Shown here piece by piece: positions 17,529 through 27,600 of a stretch of DNA of 32,000 nt. Origin of the DNA: Desulfotalea psychrophila LSv54 (GTDB lineage Bacteria; Desulfobacterota; Desulfobulbia; Desulfobulbales; Desulfocapsaceae). Positions within the stretch are counted from its first letter, which is position 1; each line of letters starts with the position of its first letter. Location of the stretch: NCBI RefSeq assembly GCF_000025945.1, contig NC_006138.1, positions 240,001 to 272,000 on the forward strand, written 5' to 3'. Below the pieces are notes generated by a model. It made no database searches and was not told where the DNA came from. It saw only the letters and a list, made by a program, of their open reading frames with translations. Position numbers and translations under genes: made by a program.

Positions 17529-18815
17529 TCACTTGATTGGTACGTAAATTCTATTTTTGGCAACAACTACATTGTTTTTAATAGCATAACATTCAACTAT
17601 ATGCTCGCCTTTAAAATCCGTAGACTCCCTTCGTTCTTTTTTCCCGCTATCATCAACAATTTGACCACATATACAATTACGTTTTTCAGCTTCTACTCCA
17701 CGATTAAGCACTTTCCATTTAATGGAATAAGGTTTAGGGACATTTATATAAGATATATTAAAGTATAGTTTTTTATTAGCTAATAAAGGGAAATTTTTTG
17801 CTAGCATCTCAGTAAGAAATCGCTTTTGATAGCCATGTTGTGTTACTTCGCATTCCAGTTCTAAATCATATCGAACATCAATTGGAAACTTCTCTTCAAT
17901 AAATTGTTCGGTATCCTGCCATGTGCGTGCAGATTTTAAAGCTTCTTCGACATGTTTTGATTTTGCAGGGAATGGACGGCCATAAACTTTTTTCCATTTG
18001 TCATGAGCACTATTTCCATCCCCAGCTTCAATAGCTTTTAAACATAGCTCATAGGCTTTTTTGGCTTTCTTTTGGAATTTTTTCTTGACTTTAACATTCT
18101 GGCCACTGCCAAGGGCCTTATAATGGTCTTGACTTGGTTGCTCCATGAGATATTTAAAAAAGTCTCTACTCATCCAATCGTAGAACAGGAAACTCTTGTC
18201 ATCATAATCCGATGTTGATTTTAGGAAGTTATGAGCCAAAGTATCGATTAAAAGCCCACCCATACCGACGCCATGTTTGTTTTTCCAGGCTCTTGCCATC
18301 TTACAAAGCTTACGAAGATTCTTGCTTTTCTGATCAACAAAATCCTTCATCGCCGTCATTTCATCACGTGGTTTAGTGATTTTCCAGCTTCCACCGCTGT
18401 AGGTATCAGGATATTTAAAGCTTTCATCATCCTGTTCAAATACAGGCTGTACTTCTACTTGAAAACCTCTATACAAAACTTGTACAACAAGCCGATCAAC
18501 CTTAACTTCAGTGGTAGGATATCTAGCTTTAATCGCGTCTTTTGTATCCAACAACAATTTGGATTGTTTGTTATTTTTATAATCATCCCATTTATTCTTG
18601 GGCATAAGATACAACATGTCAAGATCAGAAATTCCTTTAACCCCCGTCCATCGACCATAAGACCCGACTTGTAATCTATTTTCTTTCTTTGAATCAGTCT
18701 CTCGGAACTTTTTATTTAAGCTTGAAGTAATTTCCCCATATTTCAAGCTAATTTTACCAGCATTATCAGTGACTAAGTTAGCAAGAAGATCCTGAAACAT
18801 TTCTGAAATTGTCAT
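17529..18815 (-). CDS. CD-NTase (SMODS nucleotidyltransferase) with C-terminal AGS-C/SMODS sensor domain; CBASS cyclic-oligonucleotide synthase
   Basis: NTase signature LQVGSYGRWTGVKGISDLDMLYLMP and third acidic segment FQVEVQPVFE. The C-terminus PYSIKWKVLNRGVEAEKRNCICGQIVDDSGKKERRESTDFKGEHIVECYAIKNNVVVAKNRIYVPI matches the nucleotidyltransferase-associated sensor domain pattern. Confidence 0.92.
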   Translation of the reverse strand: MTISEMFQDLLANLVTDNAGKISLKYGEITSSLNKKFRETDSKKENRLQVGSYGRWTGVKGISDLDMLYLMPKNKWDDYKNNKQSKLLLDTKDAIKARYPTTEVKVDRLVVQVLYRGFQVEVQPVFEQDDESFKYPDTYSGGSWKITKPRDEMTAMKDFVDQKSKNLRKLCKMARAWKNKHGVGMGGLLIDTLAHNFLKSTSDYDDKSFLFYDWMSRDFFKYLMEQPSQDHYKALGSGQNVKVKKKFQKKAKKAYELCLKAIEAGDGNSAHDKWKKVYGRPFPAKSKHVEEALKSARTWQDTEQFIEEKFPIDVRYDLELECEVTQHGYQKRFLTEMLAKNFPLLANKKLYFNISYINVPKPYSIKWKVLNRGVEAEKRNCICGQIVDDSGKKERRESTDFKGEHIVECYAIKNNVVVAKNRIYVPIK

Positions 18816-18876
18816 AATTACCCTTGTTTTTATCTTGTAGTTAACCGGTTACGTTAACGCAGCTACTTTCAGCCCT

Positions 18877-18925
18877 CTATTTTCCATATATCTCAATGTC
18901 AGCAAATGTGGCATGGAAAAACATA
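18877..18925. repeat. Imperfect inverted repeat CTATTTTCCAT / ATGGAAAACATAG upstream of the CD-NTase gene
   Basis: Read directly. An 8-bp TTTTCCAT/ATGGAAAA core is extended by a bulged CTAT/ATAG. GCGTTAACG (minus strand, 18860-18852) lies between it and the CD-NTase start. Confidence 0.4.
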
Positions 18926-19508
18926 GCTCACCCTTCAAGCCGGAGCAGGCATCAGAACAACCACTCCAACAATCTCCAGCCCAACATAATTTTCCACAAT
19001 AGACCCAATAAATTACCAGCAAATCTCCTGACAAAAAACCACCTCTATCGCTTTAACAGGAAAGGTGTGCTTTTTCAAAGGAAAATCCTAATATCAATAC
19101 ATTGCGTGATGGGATGACAAGCAGGACTCTGTTAAGGGCAAGGATGGGTAGAAAAAAAAGCAGAATGACGCAGCACACCTCCCCTCGCCAAGGTGAGGAG
19201 TTAGGGCAAAGAAGAGGCAGGGGCGGTGGTTAAGGAATGGATCGAAATAATTGGCAAATAAAGATCTTTAATGGTTGGGCAGAGATAGCCCATCTGATCT
19301 CATTTCAAGAAACCGACCTTGGCTGGGCAAGTCCCATTGGCACGGAGCTGAGCACCGGAAAAATTTGCGATAAAGGAGTTTGACCTGTTTGAGCGCAGCG
19401 AGTTTCAAACTCCCGCAAATTTTGAGGAGCACAGGGTGCCCGTAGGGCCGGAGTGGCAGGGCTCTTTCTTTTGGTTCGTTTTCTTTTGAGTAAAAGAAAA
19501 TGAATGTA

Positions 19509-20027
19509 CTACCAAAGCTCCGGCGACATTAAAACGGAAACACATTCAACCGTCCCGGAAACCCCTTGCAATGCGCCTACCCTTAACTCTTTTGCCTGCC
19601 ATGCCTCCGGGTATGGCAATGAATACGATGGACTTACATCATGAACTGGATGAAAACCACTGCGGCTATAATAATCTGGATCACCCAAGACGAACACAAC
19701 ATCCGCGCCCTGGGCGGTAAGTGTTCGTAAACCATGCTCAATTAACTGACTGCCAACCCCCTGCCTTTGCCTTGCAGGTGATACAGCCAGAGGCGCCAGA
19801 ATAAAGCATGATAGATTGTCGTTATTTGAAATACTGACTGGACTAAAAAGAATATGACCAATGACGAGATCATCGCTCACCGCAACCAATGAGAGTAGGG
19901 GGTGAGCTGCCTTGATCAAGTCTATGGCCAGTTTCGCCACAAGCTCGCGCTCATCGGCATCAAAGGCTGCCATATGAAGCGCATAAATCGCCTCAAGTTC
20001 ACGACTCTTCGATTCTCTAATGATCAT
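19509..20027 (-). CDS. GNAT-family N-acetyltransferase (YhbS-like)
   Basis: Acetyl-CoA loop LAPLAVSPARQRQGVGSQLIEHGLRTL, plus VFVLGDPDYYSRSGFHPV. Confidence 0.9.
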   Translation of the reverse strand: MIIRESKSRELEAIYALHMAAFDADERELVAKLAIDLIKAAHPLLSLVAVSDDLVIGHILFSPVSISNNDNLSCFILAPLAVSPARQRQGVGSQLIEHGLRTLTAQGADVVFVLGDPDYYSRSGFHPVHDVSPSYSLPYPEAWQAKELRVGALQGVSGTVECVSVLMSPELW

Positions 20028-20083
20028 TATTTATCCTCAACAGTTAACAGGGTTGATGGAGAATTTTGCCTCTTCGCCGAATA

Positions 20084-20659
20084 TTACTTCCAACTAAACT
20101 CACCCTTAAGAGTAATGCAGTCGGTAACCGAGGCAGAGGCATCCTCAATATAGATCTGCTGCCTGGCGGAGACCGGATAGCTTAAATACTCTGAGCACTC
20201 AGCACTTTGGCCGGTACCGACCACAACCTTACTCTCTGGTTTCAGAGTACAGCTGACCAATGTATCCAGAGGTGACCACTGGTAACATATTTCATAGCCG
20301 GATCGGTACTGAGCAATTTCACCTGTGGGCGCCTGAAAGGCCCACCACTTACCGAATTTGCTATTGGGGTTGGTGCTATTCCAAGCTCGGTAGATGATAA
20401 TTTGACCATCCTTATTACTCTTATAAACCCGGCCCTGGCAGAGCTTGCCCTTATTAGGAGCACCCAAGGCCTCACCTAAAAGCTGTGCATCCTCAACAAG
20501 CTCAAACTTACCTGAAAAGCCCTCAGGTAGATCAACACTTCCCAAACATGATTGAGCAGCTGCAATGAGTTGGTCTTTTTTCTCAAGTGGCACGCTGGCG
20601 CAACCATAAAGGGTGATCCCTAATAGGCCAACTACTACACTGACTGATATCTTCTTCAT
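20084..20659 (-). CDS. Hypothetical lipoprotein
   Basis: Lipobox MKKISVSVVVGLLGITLYGC and six Cys in the mature region. No family recognised. Confidence 0.65.
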   Translation of the reverse strand: MKKISVSVVVGLLGITLYGCASVPLEKKDQLIAAAQSCLGSVDLPEGFSGKFELVEDAQLLGEALGAPNKGKLCQGRVYKSNKDGQIIIYRAWNSTNPNSKFGKWWAFQAPTGEIAQYRSGYEICYQWSPLDTLVSCTLKPESKVVVGTGQSAECSEYLSYPVSARQQIYIEDASASVTDCITLKGEFSWK

Positions 20660-21257
20660 AGGACTCCGATATGAATTTCAATTGAGGACAACAGCTGCCA
20701 TAGGGTGGTCGCCACTGAAGACTGCCCCCCAAATGCGGCCTGCAGCAGAGTCTATTTCTACCTATGACCGCAACCAACAGACAAAATGGAAATACTGCCT
20801 CCCTTGCAGCCAAAGTAGAGACCAGGGCCTCTTCCTGACCTCCCCTCCACATTTAAAATGGGCGCCATAGGTGAGAGCATCTTCCCAGGCAAAAAGATCC
20901 TGCAAGGAGTTAACAGGACTAAAGCGACCATGTAAAGTCTTTTGATTAATATCAGTACATTGCAAAAAAGCAGAGTGGCGCAGCTCACCTCCCGGCCTCC
21001 CCCTTTAAAATAAGGGGGAGGAGAAAAGGGGGAGGAGGGAAGATGAGGAGTTAGGACAAAGGAGAGACAGAGGCAAGGATGGGGAGGCGCAGGAGGAGTA
21101 AAAAATCCATATTGCCTGAAAAAACGAGATCTTGTATTCTAGCTTTTATAGCCTCTTACCTTTGTCCCATCTTTTTTAGCCATTCCAACCCAGGCAAAAC
21201 AAATTGATAAAGAGTTCTTTACCCCCAGCAATGAAGGCCTCAACTATAGGGATGTCA

Positions 21258-24224
21258 ATGCGCAAAACAAAATTATACCTAGCTCTTGCCAGCTTAATTC
21301 TGGCCACCCCAGCCCACTCCTATGAAACAATTACTGTTGGCAATTTTGAAGCACAACTTCTTGCACCTGGAGAATCAGCATACGCCATAGGAGCAAAAGC
21401 CAGTGGAGCTGGTTATACAGAAGATTATCGAGAAACGGTAACAGGAGCCGAAGCGTGGACCCAGGGACATAGGGATGCTATTAGCAGAAGCCTGCAAACA
21501 CTAGAACAGAGTTTTGCCATGGGCAACCCAAATAGAAAAATGCAAATTGCCTTTACCTTAGAGAAAGGGGAATATCTCGGGATGTCACTTGGCACCCTAA
21601 TTTTCGACCAAGCTCAGCAGAATATTATCGCAACAGGAGAGTTGCTTCTGCGTAATAATATCCCTACAAACAATGTCCTAGGTAGCGTAGACGATATTAT
21701 CATAATGTTCACCTCAGTTCCTCTGCATTACGGCCCTGAGGCTCCTGGCCACGGCCAATATGACTTCCAAGCAACGGTAACCCACGAAATACTCCATGCC
21801 ATGGGTATTATGAATGGTAATGCCAGAGATGGAGGGTACCCAAATGGGATGACAAGATGGGATTCCTTGTTAAAAGATGTTTATGGTGGCACTCCAGCTC
21901 CAGGGAATCCCCTTCCTATTAGCACTATTGGTAAACTAGGTACTGTTTTTTGGACTGGCGCAGCTGCCAACGCTACCTATGGAGGAGCTGTCCCCATACA
22001 GACTTTTACAAATGCATATAGGGAAGGTAGCTCCCTTGCCCATCCAGCCCCTCCAGGAGAATTGATGTCCTATATGGGGAGTCCTTTAGATGCTCCAAGA
22101 GCGCCGAACAAGCTCCTGCTTGATATGTACCGAGATATGGGCTGGAATATAAATGATGCCTACTATAATAGTTTTGGCCCCACCTATTACAGCAACGCTA
22201 GCCACATAAGCAATACGAATGACTTCGCCACAAGCCATAGTTATACCTACGCTATGTACGTTAATGGCAATTATAATCTTATTGACCAGAGTGGTAATTT
22301 AAAAACAACGAAGGAGCAATCGAACGCCCTATATGTATATGGAAATGGAAACAAAATTAGAGTGAACGGCACACAGTCTGCCGATGCAAATTACTCCCAC
22401 GCACTCTACGCTTTTGGTATAAAAAACCAGATATTTATAGAAGGCGAGGGGACTCTGACCGCAAAAGGAGCTGGTTCTGTTGGTCTTTTACTTTTTGGTT
22501 TTGATAACTCCATTTTTCACTCTGGAACTATCCTGGCGAGTGATGAAGCAACAGCTATTAGGATTGACAATCATCGGGCTACCTGGGGATACCGCCTGAA
22601 TACATCACTGCACCTCCAAACCGGATCAAAGATAGTTGGGGATATTATTAACACTGACTCTACGAAGGCGGCAGATATGACCTTTGGTCGTAAATATGCC
22701 AGTGATGGGAGCTATAGCCCTGACCCTAATTTCAATTTTTCCTACAATGATGAGATACGAGGGGATTGGAATTATGACTTTCATAGTGGTACGGTAACAT
22801 TTGCCAATACACTCAATCAGCATGAAGGTACAATATTAACAGGTAATGGTTCAATTATTGGTGATGTTGATAGCGCGGGTATTATCGCCCCGGGTAATTC
22901 TATTGGCAAACTAACAATTAACGGAAATCTTAGCCAAACCAGTAGTTCGGATTTACAGATAGAATTTGGTGACGGTGGCTACGATCAGCTTGTGGTGAGC
23001 GGTACAGCTCATCTTGACGGCTCACTTTCATTAATCCCCATTGGTTATCTTACTCCGGGTACCCATCAATTCATCAATGCAGGTGCCCTTGCCGGTAACT
23101 TTGCCACTGTAAATAACTTTTCCAGCAGTATCCTGCAAACATCAGCTTCCAGTTTCAATCCCAGCAATTTTAATCTAGTGCGCAATAGTTACGCATCAGT
23201 AAGTGAAAGCCAGCAGCAAAGTCTAGCCAGTTCTTTTGATAGAGCTCGACCGACTGCAAGCGGAGATATGGCAGATACTCTCAATCTGATGGATCTGATG
23301 AATCTTACCGATATCAGGCAGGCAGCAGACGATTTTTCGCCTTATTTCTACAACTCTGTTACCACAGCAATTTTAGAAAACATCAGAACAAGATCAACTT
23401 TCTTGCAAAACAAGATAAGAGGAGATGAGACAGATCGTCAATCGCCACTCTGGTTCTCGGGCTACGGCGGTACTACCCAGTACGACAAGACAGTCACCAG
23501 CAACGATTTTAAAACCAAATATTCCGGTTTTATGCTGGGCTTTGACAGACAATTTGCATCTGGATTTCAGCTAGGAGCCGCAGGCGCTTTCACTGATTTT
23601 TCTTTCAAGGAAAAAGCCACCACCAGCAAGGCAAGGGGTTCTGTTTATGATGGCTATCTTTACGGTTCATGGTCACCACAGGCAAATAATGCGTTCTACC
23701 TGCAATCAACTCTAGGCATTGGCCTTACTGACTCTAAAACCAATCGGAATATACCCTTTCTAGATAGAACAGCCACTAGCGACCACGATGCAATCCATTA
23801 CTCTGCCTTTCTTGGCGGTGGTTACAAACAGCAGATAGGCAATTGGTCTCTTGAGCCACGGGCAGGGCTTGAGTACATCAATCTTGATGAAGACGGCTGC
23901 ACAGAATATGGAGCAGGAGCCGCCTCCCTTGCTATCAACTCAAAAGATTCCGACGCATTGGTAAGTTCTCTTGGGGTTGAAATCAGTCGTACTATTGAGC
24001 TCAATAATGGCTCGTTAGTGCCGAGCTTTCGAGCTGATTGGTTCCATAATTTTTCTGCCAAGGGAGAAAATACCATCGCCACCTTGCAAAGCGGTGAATC
24101 TTTCAGTGTTGATGGTCGCACGGCAAGCGAAAATGCCCTGGAATTAGCCCTTGGTTTAAGGGTACTGGTCAGCAATAAGCTACACGGTTATTTTGAATAT
24201 CAATACACCTTTGCCGACAATTAA
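21258..24224 (+). CDS. Autotransporter with metzincin-like passenger (copy 1), C-terminally truncated by an in-frame TAA
   Basis: Signal peptide MRKTKLYLALASLILATPAHS, VTHEILHAMGIMNGN motif and GELMSYMG Met-turn-like segment, GDVDSAGIIAPGNSIGKLTINGNL linker, and an autotransporter beta-barrel (SPLWFSGYGGTTQYDK...LEYINLDEDG...ALELALGLRVLV). The listed ORF starts at 21204, but MRKTK at 21258 matches copy 2. Confidence 0.88.
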   Translation: MRKTKLYLALASLILATPAHSYETITVGNFEAQLLAPGESAYAIGAKASGAGYTEDYRETVTGAEAWTQGHRDAISRSLQTLEQSFAMGNPNRKMQIAFTLEKGEYLGMSLGTLIFDQAQQNIIATGELLLRNNIPTNNVLGSVDDIIIMFTSVPLHYGPEAPGHGQYDFQATVTHEILHAMGIMNGNARDGGYPNGMTRWDSLLKDVYGGTPAPGNPLPISTIGKLGTVFWTGAAANATYGGAVPIQTFTNAYREGSSLAHPAPPGELMSYMGSPLDAPRAPNKLLLDMYRDMGWNINDAYYNSFGPTYYSNASHISNTNDFATSHSYTYAMYVNGNYNLIDQSGNLKTTKEQSNALYVYGNGNKIRVNGTQSADANYSHALYAFGIKNQIFIEGEGTLTAKGAGSVGLLLFGFDNSIFHSGTILASDEATAIRIDNHRATWGYRLNTSLHLQTGSKIVGDIINTDSTKAADMTFGRKYASDGSYSPDPNFNFSYNDEIRGDWNYDFHSGTVTFANTLNQHEGTILTGNGSIIGDVDSAGIIAPGNSIGKLTINGNLSQTSSSDLQIEFGDGGYDQLVVSGTAHLDGSLSLIPIGYLTPGTHQFINAGALAGNFATVNNFSSSILQTSASSFNPSNFNLVRNSYASVSESQQQSLASSFDRARPTASGDMADTLNLMDLMNLTDIRQAADDFSPYFYNSVTTAILENIRTRSTFLQNKIRGDETDRQSPLWFSGYGGTTQYDKTVTSNDFKTKYSGFMLGFDRQFASGFQLGAAGAFTDFSFKEKATTSKARGSVYDGYLYGSWSPQANNAFYLQSTLGIGLTDSKTNRNIPFLDRTATSDHDAIHYSAFLGGGYKQQIGNWSLEPRAGLEYINLDEDGCTEYGAGAASLAINSKDSDALVSSLGVEISRTIELNNGSLVPSFRADWFHNFSAKGENTIATLQSGESFSVDGRTASENALELALGLRVLVSNKLHGYFEYQYTFADN

Positions 24225-24680
24225 AGTGGAGCCCATTTACTAAGCACAGGACTCAGTTATTATTTTTAAGAGACAGACCATGTTCACGGCAGAGATCGGT
24301 TTCAGATCTACTATTTTTCTCCATATTATCATATTAAGTAGATACTATGGAAAGAAAGGACAAACAGAGATGCGCCCGCCGGAACTCTGTTAAGGGCAAG
24401 GGTGGGTAGCGGCGTCAGTAGCGTAGCGGCGAGCAAGCGGAGGCCCCCCTCCTGACCTCTCCCGCAAAAAAAAATCCCATATTACACGATAAAATAAGAT
24501 ATCATCTTACTAACTGCTACGAAACGTTAGACCCTAATGAGCTTCACCCTTGCCCATGTGTCCATTTCAAGCTCAGGAAAATCAAACTGCCGAAGATTTT
24601 TTTGCCACCATCTATTCAATATCGTGCAGACCTTAAAAAAATAAGCCTATAGCTAACAGGCTAAATTATATGGGATCCCA

Positions 24681-27600
24681 ATGCGCAAAACGAAATTATA
24701 CCTGGCCCTTGCCAGCTTAATGCTGGCCACCCCAGCCCACTCCTATGAAACAATTACTGTCGGAAATTTTGAAGCTCAACTTCTTGCCCCTGGAGAATCA
24801 GCATACGCCATAGGAGCACAAACTAGTGAAGGTGCTTATACAGAGGTGGGGGACAGAAGAATAATAACAGGAACCGAAGCGTGGACTGAGGGGCATAGAG
24901 ATGCTATTAGCAGAAGCCTGCAAGCACTCGAACAGAGTTTTGCCATGGGTAGCCCAAAAAGAAAGATGCAGATTGCCTTTGCTCTAAAGAAAGGGAAAGA
25001 GGCAAATCTCGGGGACTCACTCGGCACCCTGATTTACGATCAATATTTGACGAAGATTATTTCAACAGGAGAGTTGCTCCTGCGTGACAATAGCCCTACA
25101 GACAAGATCCTGGGTAGTGTAGACGATACTATCAACATATACACATCTACTCCTCTACACTACGGGCCTGATGCTCCTGGCCACGATCAATATGACTTCC
25201 AGTCAACGGTAACCCATGAAATACTTCATGCCATGGGTATTATGAATGGTAATGACACCGATGGCAGCTATCCAAATGGCATCACAAGATGGGATTCATT
25301 GTTAGAAGATGGTAAGGGTGGACATCCTACTCCCGAGAATAGCCCCTCTATGACGACTACCGGTAAACTCGGTACTGTCTTCTGGACAGGGGCGGCTGCC
25401 AAGGCTACCTATGGAGGCCCTGTCCCTATCCAAACTTTTGCAGATGGATATAAAGAAGGTAGTTCTCTTGGCCATCCAGGTCCTGCTGGAGAGCTGATGA
25501 CTTACCAGAGCGATTACTTAGAATTCCCAAGAGCTCCGAACAAGCTGCTGCTTGATATGTTTCGAGATATGGGGTGGAAGATAAATGAGGCGTACTACAA
25601 TAGTTTTGGTCCCACCTATTACAGCAATAATAGCCGCATAAGCAATACGAATAACTTCGAAACAAGCCATAGCTACACCTACGGTATGTATGTTAATGGT
25701 AATTATAATCTTATTGAGCAAAGTGGTAATTTAAAAACAACGAAGGAATATTCTAACACCCTACATATATATGGAGATAAAAACATAATCAGGGTGAGCG
25801 GCAAACAGTCTGCCGAGGCAAATTACTCTCACGCTCTTTATGCTTTTGGTAGATATAACCAGATATTTATAGAAAGAGAGGGGGCTCTGGCCGCTAGGGG
25901 AGATGGCTCTGTTGGTATTTTACTTTTTGGTGCTGATAACACTATTTTTCACTCTGGAACTATCAAGGCGAGGGATGGAGCGACAGCCATTAGGATTGAC
26001 AATCCTTTTGCTCACCAGGCCCAAGGGGGACATGTTCTAAATGCATCACTGCATATTCAAACCGGCTCAGAAATAGTTGGGAATATTATTAATAGTGCCT
26101 CTGGTATGGCAGATATGACCTTTGGCAGTAATTATGCCAGTGATGGTATTAGCTCTAGCCCTGACCCTGATTTCAATTTTTCCTATAATGATGAGATACG
26201 AGGGAATTGGCATCATACTATTACGGCAGGAAAATTAAATTTAGGCGCTTCGGCTATTATCGAAGGCAATATGGTGAATTATGGTACGCTAGCTGGTAAT
26301 GGCACCATTATTGGTGATGTTGATAGCGCGGGTATTATCGCCCCGGGTAATTCTATTGGCAAACTAACAATTAACGGAAATCTTAGCCAAACCAGTAGCT
26401 CTGATTTACAAATAGAATTTGGTGACGGTGGCTACGATCAGCTTGTGGTGAGCGGTACAGCTCATCTTGACGGCGCACTTTCATTAATCCCCATTGGTTA
26501 CCTGGCCCCCGGTACCCATCAATTCATCAACGCAGGCGCCCTTGCCGGTAACTTTGCCACTGTAAATAACTTTTCCAGCAGTATCCTGCAAACCTCTGCT
26601 GCCAGTTTAAATCCCAGCAATTTCACCCTAACGCGCAGGAGTTACGCATCGGTAAGTGAAAGCCAGCAGCAAAGTCTAGCCAGTGCTTTTGATAGAGCTC
26701 GACCGACTGCAAGCGGAGATATGGCAGATACTCTCAATCTGATGGATCTGATGGATCTTACCGATATCAGGCAGGCAGCAGACGATTTTTCACCTTATTT
26801 TTACAACTCTGTTACCACAGCAATTTTAGAAAACATCAGAACAAGATCAACTTTCTTGCAAAACAAGATAAGAGGAGATGAAGCAGATCGTCAATCGCCA
26901 CTCTGGTTCTCGGGCTACGGCGGTACTACTCAGTACGACAAGACAATTACCAGCAACGATTTTAAAACAAAATATGCCGGTTTTATGCTGGGCTTTGACA
27001 GACAATTTGCATCTGGATTTCAGCTAGGAGCCGCAGGCGCTTTCACTGATTTTTCTCTGAAGGAAAAAGCCACCACCAGCAAGGCAAGGGGTTCTGTTTA
27101 TGATGGCTATCTTTACGGTTCATGGTCACCACAGGCAAATGATGCGTTCTACCTGCAATCAACTCTAGGCATTGGCCTTACTGACTCTAAAACCAATCGC
27201 AATATACCCTTTCTAGATAGAACAGCCACTAGCGACCACGATGCAATCCATTACTCTGCCTTTCTTGGCGGTGGTTACAAACAGCAGATAGGCAATTGGT
27301 CTCTTGAGCCACGGGCAGGGTTTGAGTACATCAATCTTGATGAAGACGGCTGCACAGAATATGGAGCAGGAGCCGCCTCCCTTGCTGTTAACTCAAAAGA
27401 TTCCGATGCATTGGTAAGTTCTCTTGGGGTTGAAATTAGTCACACCTTTGATCTCAATAATGGCTTATTAGTGCCGAGCTTTCGAGCTGATTGGTTCCAT
27501 AATTTTTCTGCAGAGGGAGAAGACACCATTGCCACCTTGCAAAGCGGTGAAACTTTTAGTGTTGATGGTCGCACAGCAAGCGAAAATGCCCTGGAATTAG

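Noticed and set aside
15006-18815. Considered as a single five-gene defence operon
   Set aside because: Only the CD-NTase and SLATT-like genes are tightly spaced. The others are separated by structured ~100-bp spacers, so independent cassettes fit better.
20583-20988. Cluster of small overlapping ORFs between the lipoprotein and the autotransporter
   Set aside because: Mutually overlapping on both strands, atypical composition, no domain.
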